IMG/VR virus record: IMGVR_UViG_3300042256_000013
Span: 288,001-352,000 of that record
Reading direction: 5' to 3' (one strand)
Length of the DNA stretch: 64,000 bases
Source: a virus
Taxonomy: Duplodnaviria; Heunggongvirae; Uroviricota; Caudoviricetes
The position numbers and the translations under genes are program-made. How positions within the stretch are numbered: the stretch's first letter is position 1; every line of letters starts with the position of its first letter. Positions 47,265-57,085 of this stretch are shown here, piece by piece. The notes beneath the pieces were generated by a model. The model was not told the DNA's origin and ran no database searches. It saw only the letters and a list, made by a program, of their open reading frames with translations.

Positions 47265-48170
47265 ATGGGAAAACCAATTGCTGGTCGTAATAAATCTCCA
47301 TTCGGTGTAGATGGTATCAATGTAGATGCTGCTGTTTTATCCGATGGTACACAATTGACTAATGTTCGCATTAGCAAACAACGTTCCATCAACGTATTTG
47401 ATCTAATCAGTACTGATGGTGCAACACTATATCCATTCGTAAAAATTACAGGTGTTGATGCAACAGGTGCAAACCTTTCTGTTGCTGATGATGCTGATAC
47501 TTTAGCTGGTAAATTAGCTAACGGTACTTTCTGCATTAGTATTGTTGATACTGCTGGTGATGTTGTTGGATTTGCTATCCGTCTACTACTAAACAAAGTA
47601 GTTCTACAAGATGGTTCAGTACAATTCTTGACAGATTATACTGGTCAAGGAGATCTAACTGTAGACGTAACTGGTGTAACTCTTACTCCAGCTACTTTAG
47701 CATTGAATGCAGGTGCTACACAACAACTAACTACTGTTGTTGCTCCAACTGATGCAACTAATAAATCAGTAACTTATACTTCAAGTACTACATCTGTAGC
47801 TACTGTAAGTTCAACTGGATTAGTAACTGCTGTAGCTAACGGTTCTTCAACTATCACAGTAACAACTGTTGATGGTTCATTTACTGATACTACTGCTGTA
47901 ACTGTAACTACTCCGATAGCTTCAGTAACTCTTGCACCAAGTACTGTAACATTAAGTCTAACTGGAACTACTACGCAACAACTAACCCCAACTATTGCTC
48001 CTGCAACTGCAAGTAACAAAGCTGTTTCTTACGTTTCAAGTGCACCGGGTGTTGCAACTGTTAGTGCTTCTGGATTAGTAACTGCTGTAGCTGCGGGTTC
48101 TGCTACTATCACTGTAACAACAACTGATGGTTCACATACTGCTACTTCTGCTATTACTGTAAACGCATAA
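47265..48170 (+). CDS. Virion-associated protein with two bacterial Ig-like (Big_2) domains
   Basis: Two repeats of V.L.P....QQLT..AP..A.NK.V.Y.SS...VATVS..GLVTAV..G..TITVTT.DGS; AGGAG RBS; only real plus-strand gene. Confidence 0.85.
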   Translation: MGKPIAGRNKSPFGVDGINVDAAVLSDGTQLTNVRISKQRSINVFDLISTDGATLYPFVKITGVDATGANLSVADDADTLAGKLANGTFCISIVDTAGDVVGFAIRLLLNKVVLQDGSVQFLTDYTGQGDLTVDVTGVTLTPATLALNAGATQQLTTVVAPTDATNKSVTYTSSTTSVATVSSTGLVTAVANGSSTITVTTVDGSFTDTTAVTVTTPIASVTLAPSTVTLSLTGTTTQQLTPTIAPATASNKAVSYVSSAPGVATVSASGLVTAVAAGSATITVTTTDGSHTATSAITVNA

Positions 48171-48192
48171 TTCTTAATTAAAAAATAGAAAC

Positions 48193-48221
48193 AAAAAAGG
48201 AGCCATCAGGCTCCTTTTTTT
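48193..48221. terminator. Bidirectional terminator between convergent genes
   Basis: AAAAAAGGAGCC-ATCA-GGCTCCTTTTTT. Confidence 0.85.
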
Positions 48222-48486
48222 ATGAGTTCAATTTTTGACATACAAAGTCGGCTTTCACCTTATCTTTGTACATTACGCGGAACCCGAATGCGTTAGTTAC
48301 AGGTTCATCATATGTATCAAGTTCATTTACGATGAAGTACTGTTCTTTTGCTGCGTCGAATCGCACTTTATGGTTCTGCACATTTTTCTTTGAAAGTGGT
48401 TTCGTTTCATTGGAAAATGAATAAAGTATACCAACAATGCAAGCAACTAAAAGTAAAGCCATTACGATAAGAATGAGAGTTTTCAT
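48220..48486 (-). CDS. Membrane-anchored hypothetical protein
   Basis: N-terminal TM; GAGG RBS. Confidence 0.6.
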   Translation of the reverse strand: MKTLILIVMALLLVACIVGILYSFSNETKPLSKKNVQNHKVRFDAAKEQYFIVNELDTYDEPVTNAFGFRVMYKDKVKADFVCQKLNS

Positions 48487-48962
48487 TTTGTATCCTCTAT
48501 GTCCGATAGTCTTTCTACAATTATACCAGCATTTCTGAGCACGTCAAGTGCTTGTTCTGGGGTACGATGATATTCTGTATCATAAATGACACGCTTTATC
48601 CCGCTCCCCGCAATCAGCAAAGAACAGACATAACACGGCTGTAGAGTACAATACAGTGTTGCACCGTCTCTGTCAACTGGATTTGCAAATAAAAGTGCAT
48701 TATGTTCAGCATGAAGTTCATGAAGTTGACTCCATTCATGATGTTCATGTTTAGCTTCATCAGAAACCCAATTTTGAAATTCACTATTATGTACTAAATG
48801 TGAATTAGCATCACAACAATTTTCTTGTTTAGCTGGTGAACCATTATATCCAGTACTAACAATGCGGTCATTTTTAACAATAACTGCACCTACATGTTGA
48901 GAAATACATTTACTTTCATCAGCTACTATTTTGGCGATATTCATCCAAGTTGAATGCTTCAT
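48483..48962 (-). CDS. cd: dCMP deaminase
   Basis: SKC...VGAVIVK..STGYNG, HAEHNAL, PCYVC. Confidence 0.92.
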   Translation of the reverse strand: MKHSTWMNIAKIVADESKCISQHVGAVIVKNDRIVSTGYNGSPAKQENCCDANSHLVHNSEFQNWVSDEAKHEHHEWSQLHELHAEHNALLFANPVDRDGATLYCTLQPCYVCSLLIAGSGIKRVIYDTEYHRTPEQALDVLRNAGIIVERLSDIEDTK

Positions 48963-49416
48963 AATCTAACCCAATTCCTTTTGCTATTTCAATTGTTTCG
49001 TTTTGAAACGTTACCAAATCCTGATAGTATATAACATCTTTTTCTTCTATCTGGAATGGACGATCAGCGTATTTACTCCAACGCTCGAACGTCTTTATCA
49101 AGTCATCTTTCTTGAAATAAAAATATGTGTCAGTGTGTTCTTCAAGATCTAATTCACCTTCAGTATATGGTGTCATTTTTTTAAGAACGCTCCATGAAGT
49201 ATGTTTTTCATAAATTTTACCACCATAGAGACAACATTTTTCATTGTAGAAAAGCTTACCCCAAAATCCTGAACGGTATTTTTCAGTATATTCGTTCAGC
49301 ATAAACACATGACGGTCTTTAGATTTTTCAATAAGTAATTCATTCAACTTAATTACTTTTTCGAAATTTTTAATCCAAACACGCGTATTATGATCAGTCA
49401 GTTGTTTGTACAGCAT
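48919..49416 (-). CDS. Hypothetical protein (paralog of the upstream gene)
   Basis: KYADRPFQIEEKD; start reassigned to MLYKQ. Confidence 0.6.
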   Translation of the reverse strand: MLYKQLTDHNTRVWIKNFEKVIKLNELLIEKSKDRHVFMLNEYTEKYRSGFWGKLFYNEKCCLYGGKIYEKHTSWSVLKKMTPYTEGELDLEEHTDTYFYFKKDDLIKTFERWSKYADRPFQIEEKDVIYYQDLVTFQNETIEIAKGIGLDYEAFNLDEYRQNSS

Positions 49417-49984
49417 TCTTTGCCTCGTAATAGTTTTTAGCCCGTTTAATATCAGACTCAATACATTCAAGTGTGCTAATATCATCCTTATCAAATTCAA
49501 ATGGACGATGTGCGTACTTAACAAGTATTTTATACCATTCACGAAAATCCCATCGTTCAAAGTAATAATAAGTACTACCAGCGGCTCGGTTTAGAATTTT
49601 AGTTTCTTCTTCAGTCCAACCAGGAACACCATATTTGATGAAATGATTTTCATAATACATCAATTTTGGGTCGAACTTACAGTACTCAAAGCTTTCAGTG
49701 AAATTTTGCTCAAAGAACAAATAAGAAGACATATATGATTCTTCTCGATCATAAAAACCAAGTTTAGTACTTTCATTGTAGAAACACTTACAAATAAATG
49801 CATGTCTTGTTAATGGTTTACGTTTAAAAATTAAACCAGGTTTAAATGCATCCATATATTCTTTGTACTTAGCATCAAAGACTTTCACTGCATCTTTGTT
49901 AATATCAATGATATAATTACAAATAAGTTTAATATTAGCAAGTAAATCATCAGTTTCTTGTGCTGTAAAAACACGTAATTTCAT
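49394..49984 (-). CDS. Hypothetical protein
   Basis: KYAHRPFEFDKDD; AAGGA RBS. Confidence 0.65.
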   Translation of the reverse strand: MKLRVFTAQETDDLLANIKLICNYIIDINKDAVKVFDAKYKEYMDAFKPGLIFKRKPLTRHAFICKCFYNESTKLGFYDREESYMSSYLFFEQNFTESFEYCKFDPKLMYYENHFIKYGVPGWTEEETKILNRAAGSTYYYFERWDFREWYKILVKYAHRPFEFDKDDISTLECIESDIKRAKNYYEAKNAVQTTD

Positions 49985-50000
49985 TTCATTTCCTTAATAG

Positions 50001-50024
50001 AAAAAGGCCGCCTAAGCAGCCTTT
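50001..50024 (-). terminator. Intrinsic terminator
   Basis: AAGGCTGC-TTAG-GCGGCCTTTTT. Confidence 0.65.
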
Positions 50025-50028
50025 AAGA

Positions 50029-50481
50029 TTATTTCGGTACATAATTGTACTTACTGAGATCATGTTCATCCAGGATACCGCTATCATATCCGTACTGAAG
50101 AATAATATCAAATCCTTCATCAACCATACGCACAACATCTGCATAACGGCGAACTTTGTCTTTGTTCTTTTCTACAGCATTAATTAGCTCGTTTAGTACT
50201 GGAGCTAATGCAGGGATATTATGTAGCTTAGCGAAACGTGGACGGCGAGTAGCCGCCAGAATATCATTCCAATCCGGTACAAACACTTCCCCACGAGTCG
50301 GAATGTCAGAAAGAACAAACGGGAAGTTTTGGTTATTCTTCTTCATTTGATCTTCCTGAGCAGTACGATAACCGCGACGGAAGAACGGATGCATTTGTTT
50401 TAATGCTTCAGAACTTAGAGGTTCATTTCTTTTATCCTGAAAGAATGTGTATCCAAGAGTATATTGATCATTTGTTGCCAT
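50029..50481 (-). CDS. Hypothetical protein
   Basis: ORF. Confidence 0.65.
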   Translation of the reverse strand: MATNDQYTLGYTFFQDKRNEPLSSEALKQMHPFFRRGYRTAQEDQMKKNNQNFPFVLSDIPTRGEVFVPDWNDILAATRRPRFAKLHNIPALAPVLNELINAVEKNKDKVRRYADVVRMVDEGFDIILQYGYDSGILDEHDLSKYNYVPK

Positions 50482-50487
50482 AAAAAT

Positions 50488-50787
50488 TTAGTCCTTTGGT
50501 ACTGCTACTTTCGTTTCGAAAGTTCCTTTTGTGTTACGTAATTCAACTGCATGTTCAAACAGAAAATCTGGTTGAATATTTTTAGCTACAAGATACCCAA
50601 GCATTAACTCAAGAATATCGGACATAGCATCCAGTACTGGTTCAGCTTCAGTTGAACCTTTCACTGATAATGCAGTACTTGCAATTTGTTCAAGTGCTAC
50701 ATTCATAAATTCTGAAGTACTAATACTTTCAGAATTAGCGGGAATCTCGTTCCCGCGAACCAATTGTTTAGTCATAATTACACCCAA
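50488..50787 (-). CDS. Degenerate MazG/PRA-PH-like protein
   Basis: KQLVRG..IP, MSDILE, R..KGTF resemble the KLVRD/ELADILE/RGGF family. Confidence 0.45.
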   Translation of the reverse strand: MGVIMTKQLVRGNEIPANSESISTSEFMNVALEQIASTALSVKGSTEAEPVLDAMSDILELMLGYLVAKNIQPDFLFEHAVELRNTKGTFETKVAVPKD

Positions 50788-51458
50788 TCAAATGAGCCGT
50801 CACGACGTTTAACTTTGTACTGGCCTTTAGCATTACGCTCACCAACCAGAATACCATCTACAAAGCCCTTAGAACCGTACTGAAGTGCTTCTTCAGCATT
50901 CAGCCACAAGTCACGATCACAATCTTTCATGAACTGTTCATAATCCTGACCTACAGCTTCCGCGATCTGCGTAGTCAAAAGACTATTCAGGCGATCAGAA
51001 TGTGCCAGTGCAATTTTCTGGTCAGTGATAAGACCTTTAGTACCAGAAGATACCTGGTGAGCCATAATGAATGCATCAGCACCCATCAAACGCATACCTG
51101 GAGTACCAACAACTGACTGAGTATAGCAACCCATAGAAGCAGCATAACCCATTACAATAGTTTTAATTGGCGAACGACAGTTCTTCGCAACATCTTTAAT
51201 GCCAAGTCCATCATGGACAGAACCACCTGGGGAGGTAATGAAGATGGTGATTGGTTGAGCACTGCGAGAATCCAGATACATTAACTGCATCTTGATAATG
51301 TGTGCCATTTGTTCGTTGAAATCAGTATCAATCATAATGATACGTTCCTGCATCATACGCGATGCGAGATCATAAGAACGCTCACCTTCAGCAGATTTTT
51401 CCAGTACAAATGGGATGGAGATAGAGGTTGGAGCTACAATTTGGTTAGTATCAGTCAT
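50778..51458 (-). CDS. clpP: ClpP-like protease subunit
   Basis: IPFVLE..GERSYDL.SR, ITSPGGSV, AASMG, MAHQ, DRDLWLNAEEA. Confidence 0.92.
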   Translation of the reverse strand: MTDTNQIVAPTSISIPFVLEKSAEGERSYDLASRMMQERIIMIDTDFNEQMAHIIKMQLMYLDSRSAQPITIFITSPGGSVHDGLGIKDVAKNCRSPIKTIVMGYAASMGCYTQSVVGTPGMRLMGADAFIMAHQVSSGTKGLITDQKIALAHSDRLNSLLTTQIAEAVGQDYEQFMKDCDRDLWLNAEEALQYGSKGFVDGILVGERNAKGQYKVKRRDGSFDWV

Positions 51459-51468
51459 AATTTATCCT

Positions 51469-51894
51469 TTAGTAAATATCGCCAGAAATGGTACTTACGT
51501 TACCATTAATATCATCACAGTCTACATCTCCAGAAATGGTATTAACATTTCCAGAAACATCGTCACAAGTTATATCTCCAGATGTAGTTCCAATGTTACC
51601 AAAAACATTTTCACAATTTACATCGCCAGAGACAGTATTAATTCCATTGGTTACATTAGCACAAGTAATTGTGCCATTACCAAGAGTAATGGATTCAACA
51701 TCACCATTTACTTCGATGTTTATTTCAACATCATCCCCAACAACCGGTAATCCATCAATAGTGATAAATGTACCGCCATCAGAAGTTTTCTTTACTACCA
51801 TTTCACTAAAAACAGTACTTTGACCATTAACCGTTACTTGGGTGTTTTTCGATGCCATTTGCATTAGTCGAATCAAAGCATCATTACTTGGCAT
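51469..51894 (-). CDS. Beta-helix repeat protein (DUF4097-like)
   Basis: Repeated NTxSGD[VI]xC units. Confidence 0.65.
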   Translation of the reverse strand: MPSNDALIRLMQMASKNTQVTVNGQSTVFSEMVVKKTSDGGTFITIDGLPVVGDDVEINIEVNGDVESITLGNGTITCANVTNGINTVSGDVNCENVFGNIGTTSGDITCDDVSGNVNTISGDVDCDDINGNVSTISGDIY

Positions 51895-51896
51895 GA

Positions 51897-52682
51897 TTAT
51901 ACCTCGAAAGTTAAAGTACTGTTAAAGTTTGGATTTTCAGCCGTCTGTTGACCATAACCACGAGGATTACAGATTACACGAGTATCGCCAATCATATAAT
52001 CTGCTGCTTGATGAATGTGACCGTGTACCCAAACTTGCGGATTTAAATCACCGACATAATAATCCATGAATGAACAGTAACATCCATTCAGTTTATCGCC
52101 GATATACATTTCGGGTACGCTTTGAAAACTAGGGGAATGGTGAGTCATCACCAGTACTTTCATAGTATCGCACGTCTCACGAACAATGTCAACCGCTTTT
52201 TTGATATATTGTTTAGATACATGATGCATTGCTTCAACATCTTCAGGTTTCAGCTTGCGTTGCCACGGTACACCAATTGGTCCATGCCGAATATGTTTAT
52301 AATCGTTCATCTCAATTGATGCAAGATAACGAGTTAGTGGAGTAGCACCATCAAAGTCAGTCCACAACGTACTACCAACAATCATCACATCATCAAAGAT
52401 TATGAAACTATCTTGTAAGAAGTGGAAGTTTTCAATAGTACTGTCCAGCAGAGCTAAACGATCATGAGTTCGATGAATACTACCTTTGTAGTATTCATGG
52501 TTGCCTGGTACTAACAGTACTTCTTTGTACTTGTTAGCCAGTATTTGAATGTGTTCACCATATGATGTACGGCAAACTTCTCCCAAATCACCAGGAATCA
52601 GAAGAATAGTATCTTTCTGATCTTCCAGTTCATGGATAAAATTAATATATCCGTGTAAATCGGACATAACGGCAAATTTCAT
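51897..52682 (-). CDS. Calcineurin-like metallophosphoesterase
   Basis: SDLH, PGDL, PGNHEYY, STLWTDF, THHSPS, WVHGHIH, CNPRGY; start MKFAV after GGAG; TTGACA-16-TAGAAT promoter upstream. Confidence 0.88.
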   Translation of the reverse strand: MKFAVMSDLHGYINFIHELEDQKDTILLIPGDLGEVCRTSYGEHIQILANKYKEVLLVPGNHEYYKGSIHRTHDRLALLDSTIENFHFLQDSFIIFDDVMIVGSTLWTDFDGATPLTRYLASIEMNDYKHIRHGPIGVPWQRKLKPEDVEAMHHVSKQYIKKAVDIVRETCDTMKVLVMTHHSPSFQSVPEMYIGDKLNGCYCSFMDYYVGDLNPQVWVHGHIHQAADYMIGDTRVICNPRGYGQQTAENPNFNSTLTFEV

Positions 52683-52742
52683 AGTGAATCTCCATTTGTT
52701 ATCAGCTATTCTACCAGAAATTTGCTGCATGTCAAGGACTTT

Positions 52743-54161
52743 TTATCCTTCTAAACGAGCCAATTTCTCACGTAAAACGTGTACAGCACTGTCACGTATT
52801 TCTTTAATACGTTCATAAGTGTCGCATGTATCTTTGTCGAAACGGAATTCTACCCAAACAGGTAAGAATAAACTTGGACGACCAGTACGCTTATCAATGG
52901 TAATCGCAGTACTTTCAACTGTAGTAATACAGTTATTGATTTCATCCCAACGATCCATCATCGTTTGGAATGTCCACTCAGCATCTTTTTCTTTGATGCC
53001 CGTACCACAACCAACTTCAAGTATACCATCTTCGGACTCCAAAATCAAGGAGCCAATCATACCTTTTCTCTTTCCTTCGCCTGGATTATAACCAATTACA
53101 CGCAGATCAATCTGCATCTTCAGTTTTAATTTAAGTTGTTTAGGAGAAGTGTGTGATTTCCAAATACCACTTTCACATTTTAGAATAACACCTTCTTCAC
53201 CATTCTCAATGGCTTCAGTATTATGATCAAATGCTTCACCAATATCAGAAACTTTACGGTACTCAACAAGACGAACAAAGTCCGAATTCAAAGTACTAAT
53301 AGCTGCTTCCAGTAATTCACGACGCTCTTTACGTTCAACATTCCATAAACCATTACGGAAACAATCAAACGGTATAACATCCCAAAGTACAAATACTACA
53401 CGCATAGCTTCTGAATCTGAAATACTATCTTTGCCCGCTTTCTGAATAATGCCATTACCAGTTTCACGTGGAAGAATATTTCCGTTACTATCCAGTACTA
53501 AACATTCTCCATTGAAGACAACTCCACTTTCAAATCGTGCATCGATATTTTTGACAGCAGTCGCCAGTTCAATCATATCTTGGTCTTTATGTCCAAGGAA
53601 GTCATAAATTTTACCATTTCTTGATGTGCAAAGCAAGGTATTATTTACAACAGCACTGTTCAAATATTGACCATCCATCTTAATCTCAGAGACAGCATAT
53701 CCATGAGTTTTGAAAGAAGTAATATTTGGAATAGTCTTTTCTGTAACTAATGAACAACGCATGTAAGGTTCATCTTTAATGAAGTCCTTACCATATACAT
53801 CGTTCGCATTCTTTTCTTGAATACCACAATCTAGGTTCTTCAGTACTACACGACGAATAATTTCAGCGTCGTCTTCATCTAATGAACCTAATAGTTCACT
53901 AAGGAAGTGTCGAGCAGCATTACCAGTGACTTCACGATTGTATAGATTATCCAGTTGATCAAGTGCTTCACTTAGAGTCAGAGATTGTTCTGTCTCAAAT
54001 GGTTCTGGAATCTTTTTAATCCCACTAACAATAGATGGCTCAAGTGCCAAATGAATGGCACGTTTGAGGTCTGCATTGTTGATATTCTCAGTGAGAATTT
54101 CCTTCTTAGCGTTAGTACTAGAAGTTTCTTTGATTTGTAAAATAATATCTAAAACAGACAT
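52743..54161 (-). CDS. ATP-dependent DNA ligase (T4 gp30-like)
   Basis: EIKMDG, SRNGK, NGE, WDVIP, EGVILK, CGTG, SLFLP..RFDK. Confidence 0.93.
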   Translation of the reverse strand: MSVLDIILQIKETSSTNAKKEILTENINNADLKRAIHLALEPSIVSGIKKIPEPFETEQSLTLSEALDQLDNLYNREVTGNAARHFLSELLGSLDEDDAEIIRRVVLKNLDCGIQEKNANDVYGKDFIKDEPYMRCSLVTEKTIPNITSFKTHGYAVSEIKMDGQYLNSAVVNNTLLCTSRNGKIYDFLGHKDQDMIELATAVKNIDARFESGVVFNGECLVLDSNGNILPRETGNGIIQKAGKDSISDSEAMRVVFVLWDVIPFDCFRNGLWNVERKERRELLEAAISTLNSDFVRLVEYRKVSDIGEAFDHNTEAIENGEEGVILKCESGIWKSHTSPKQLKLKLKMQIDLRVIGYNPGEGKRKGMIGSLILESEDGILEVGCGTGIKEKDAEWTFQTMMDRWDEINNCITTVESTAITIDKRTGRPSLFLPVWVEFRFDKDTCDTYERIKEIRDSAVHVLREKLARLEG

Positions 54162-54170
54162 TCTATTTCC

Positions 54171-55325
54171 TTATAGAGTGTAATAACCTACCTCAACAGT
54201 TTGAGGTATTGGAATTTGAGTTGTTTGATATGTTCGTTCTGATATTGAATTATAATCTCTCATGACATAAGCTAATAAATTAACCAAACTGAAGTTATAA
54301 TTATTTGAATATGTATTACCATCACATTTATCAGATGACGAATATGATACCTGATTACCACCCCAATATGTCTGAACATATTCTAATCTAAACGCGGTTA
54401 TTCGGTGATTTCCAACTTTATAGATTTTGCTATTTTTAATTGACTCTATACTAGAAAATGGTTGCTCTACGTATTGTAGATGAACATCTTCAATTTTATA
54501 TGGTTTATCATGAATGAACATAACATCCAAATAATTTGGAATATAATTATAATAAAACTCATAATTACTAACATACTTATTTGTTGTTCGTATTTGAGTA
54601 TTCATTTCTTCTATTACAGTAGCTCGATCAACGTCTATATGATTAGAAATAGTGAAATCTGGCAATTTACTAAGTGCGTAATATTCGTTATCTTCTAAAT
54701 TTCGAACAACAAACTTTAGTGAGCTTTTTGACGTGAATTGACTTGAATCATTCTTTGAGATATTGATAGCATGATACTTACCACAATATACAAAATCATA
54801 TTCTATATTTGTATTATTGTAATTACCAGCCATTGAAACATGAATAACGTCACCTACTTCTACTTCTTGAACATTTTTCTGCTGAGTCTTTTTTTGTGCT
54901 TCACGTGCAACTAAATCAGCAAATAATTTTGTTTTTTCATTTACTAATTTTTTATTATGAGTGAAGAACAGTTCATCCTGAAATTCACCTTCTACTATTG
55001 TATTAGTTTCCAGAAGATCGCACAAGTTATCTGATGTAATCTCGAACTCGAAACCTTCTGGATGCATAATACGCCACACAACGTTAGAAGTACTGTAACG
55101 ACTTACGTTAGTAACCATACGGAATCCAGTACGTGGAGTGTTATCTACGTAAATTGGTTCCATTGATTGTCTACTTATATTTTGACTAGCCCAACGATCC
55201 GCTTTTTCTTTTGATTGCTTGAATTTTTTTGTTTCTTCATTATCTGCTACAACCATCCAGCCAAGCATTTCTTCTGCTGAACGGTAAACACGTGTAACAT
55301 AAAATTTTTCAGGAATAACAGCCAT
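54171..55325 (-). CDS. Conserved phage hypothetical protein
   Basis: DNTPRTGF..RYSTSNVVWRIMHPEGFEFEITSDNL. Confidence 0.7.
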   Translation of the reverse strand: MAVIPEKFYVTRVYRSAEEMLGWMVVADNEETKKFKQSKEKADRWASQNISRQSMEPIYVDNTPRTGFRMVTNVSRYSTSNVVWRIMHPEGFEFEITSDNLCDLLETNTIVEGEFQDELFFTHNKKLVNEKTKLFADLVAREAQKKTQQKNVQEVEVGDVIHVSMAGNYNNTNIEYDFVYCGKYHAINISKNDSSQFTSKSSLKFVVRNLEDNEYYALSKLPDFTISNHIDVDRATVIEEMNTQIRTTNKYVSNYEFYYNYIPNYLDVMFIHDKPYKIEDVHLQYVEQPFSSIESIKNSKIYKVGNHRITAFRLEYVQTYWGGNQVSYSSSDKCDGNTYSNNYNFSLVNLLAYVMRDYNSISERTYQTTQIPIPQTVEVGYYTL

Positions 55326-55333
55326 GTCTTATA

Positions 55334-55804
55334 TTATTTTGCCAAAGGGAGAAATGCAATTGCTTCAAGTACTAAAATACCATAACGACCATAAGAGTCG
55401 TGCATTTCTACAGTTAATGTTGCATATTCATTTGTATCAGGTTTAGTACTACGGATACGTGACATATATTCAACAGCTACGTCATCCATTACAACACTGA
55501 TACTTGTTAGTGCGTTATTTACACCTGGTTCAAAAAAAGGTGCAAAAGGCATTACTTCATCAGGTTCTTTACGTTCCCATTCTTCCAGTAGTTCAAGAAT
55601 ACGACACATAGAATCATGCATACCACCGTTAAGAACTACAGTAGTTTTATCATACTTAGCCCACGTGTATACAACTGAACCTAAATGAGAAGTTTTTGAA
55701 TTCGTCATTGGGTATTTTACGAATAACTCAGCAGTACTATGCTGAGTCTGAATTCCGGCGTGAATTCCCGCCATGTACATATTTGTGATACTATATAAAC
55801 GCAT
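55334..55804 (-). CDS. PTH2 (peptidyl-tRNA hydrolase 2)-like fold protein
   Basis: AGIQTQHS..W...DKTTVVL..FFEPGVNNALTSI. Confidence 0.5.
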   Translation of the reverse strand: MRLYSITNMYMAGIHAGIQTQHSTAELFVKYPMTNSKTSHLGSVVYTWAKYDKTTVVLNGGMHDSMCRILELLEEWERKEPDEVMPFAPFFEPGVNNALTSISVVMDDVAVEYMSRIRSTKPDTNEYATLTVEMHDSYGRYGILVLEAIAFLPLAK

Positions 55805-56583
55805 TAATACTCCTTAATTGTGAAACCTGCTTCTTGACCCCATGCATCAGGAACTGCGGCAACAAATTTCATTGTCATTGTTTCTGTATCCATTTGACCA
55901 ATTGTGAAAGAACCATTACGGAATTGGGTATCTAACCATACACGGTTCCCAAATACCAAAGGTTCAGGTACGCCAGTGTGACCATGAATTACATAATCAA
56001 CACCTTCAACTACAGCTTCTAGTTTTTCTTTTGGCGGTACTTGATGATCATAAATTGCGTACTGAATAGCATCACGATCCCAAATCAACTGATAACGGTA
56101 CTCAGGATTATTTTCAGTATATTCTTTAATTAGATCCCACGTGTTGATGCTTGGGTAATGTGGAATACCAGCATGTGCTACACCAATTTTATAACCACGA
56201 TGATTCACTTCAATCAAGTACGGTACTTCATCAAGTAGAGTACAGAAATGGTCAATACCAGGTTGTCCAATTTCATCAAGTGTAGTTTGACCGCCATTTT
56301 GTTTCCAGCACATATCCCATTCACGGCTATTACGTGCATCCATCATCATACGTTCGTGGTTTCCAAGAACCATATGACGGTTTTCTTTATTCAAAAATTC
56401 AAATAAAGTTTTTGCGTTGTATTGACCACGATCAACGAGATCACCAACACTAATTAATACATCATCATCAGTGATGCCTAGTTCAATTAATGAACGTTGG
56501 AACAATTCGAAGTTCCCATGAATATCACCGATGAAATAAACATTTTTATCATCAGGAATGTCAATAACTTTTACAAAGCTCAT
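55804..56583 (-). CDS. Ser/Thr protein phosphatase (NinI/PrpA family)
   Basis: GDIHG, GDLVDRG, GNHE, HAG, WDR, HGHT. Confidence 0.92.
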   Translation of the reverse strand: MSFVKVIDIPDDKNVYFIGDIHGNFELFQRSLIELGITDDDVLISVGDLVDRGQYNAKTLFEFLNKENRHMVLGNHERMMMDARNSREWDMCWKQNGGQTTLDEIGQPGIDHFCTLLDEVPYLIEVNHRGYKIGVAHAGIPHYPSINTWDLIKEYTENNPEYRYQLIWDRDAIQYAIYDHQVPPKEKLEAVVEGVDYVIHGHTGVPEPLVFGNRVWLDTQFRNGSFTIGQMDTETMTMKFVAAVPDAWGQEAGFTIKEY

Positions 56584-56819
56584 GTGGCTTTCCTCTTTTT
56601 AATAATAGGTTTAGATAACCATTTAAAGCAAAATGCACCTATTTGACAAAAAACTTCGACCCACCAGAATAGAATTATAAGAATTAACATACCAAACAAT
56701 TGTAATGAGTTAAGGCTAAATTCGGTTTCTGATTTATGAAGGTATACAATGTAAGCAATAAACGCAATGGCAGCACCAAGTCCATATAGACAAAGTACTA
56801 AATCCCAATTAATGTCCAT
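56580..56819 (-). CDS. Small membrane protein
   Basis: Two TM segments. Confidence 0.6.
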   Translation of the reverse strand: MDINWDLVLCLYGLGAAIAFIAYIVYLHKSETEFSLNSLQLFGMLILIILFWWVEVFCQIGAFCFKWLSKPIIKKRKAT

Positions 56820-57084
56820 ATTCTTTTTCCTTATCTTTAACTAGATCAGGTTTTTTGTCACCAATTGGTAAAAGATTAGTCTGCCTATAGACACACCCGT
56901 CATCACATAACCATGAAAGTTCAATATCTGGAATAACTAAGTACGATTTTCCATCAAACGGATTAATAAAAACTCCAGTGTTTTTATCTATTTGTGCAAC
57001 TAAAGTTACACATTTACCATTATCTGCCGTATCAATTACTAAACCGTATACCATAGCAATTGTGCCAACTTTAAATTCACTCAT
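56809..57084 (-). CDS. Hypothetical protein
   Basis: ORF with GAGG RBS. Confidence 0.6.
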   Translation of the reverse strand: MSEFKVGTIAMVYGLVIDTADNGKCVTLVAQIDKNTGVFINPFDGKSYLVIPDIELSWLCDDGCVYRQTNLLPIGDKKPDLVKDKEKEYGH

Positions 57085-57085
57085 A

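Noticed and set aside
47216-48019. Minus-strand ORFs 47216-47596 and 47774-48019
   Set aside because: Antisense shadows of the Ig-domain gene, caused by its biased codons
51469-51700. Periodic repeats resembling a short array
   Set aside because: They are protein-level SGD beta-helix repeats within a CDS, not CRISPR or DNA repeats
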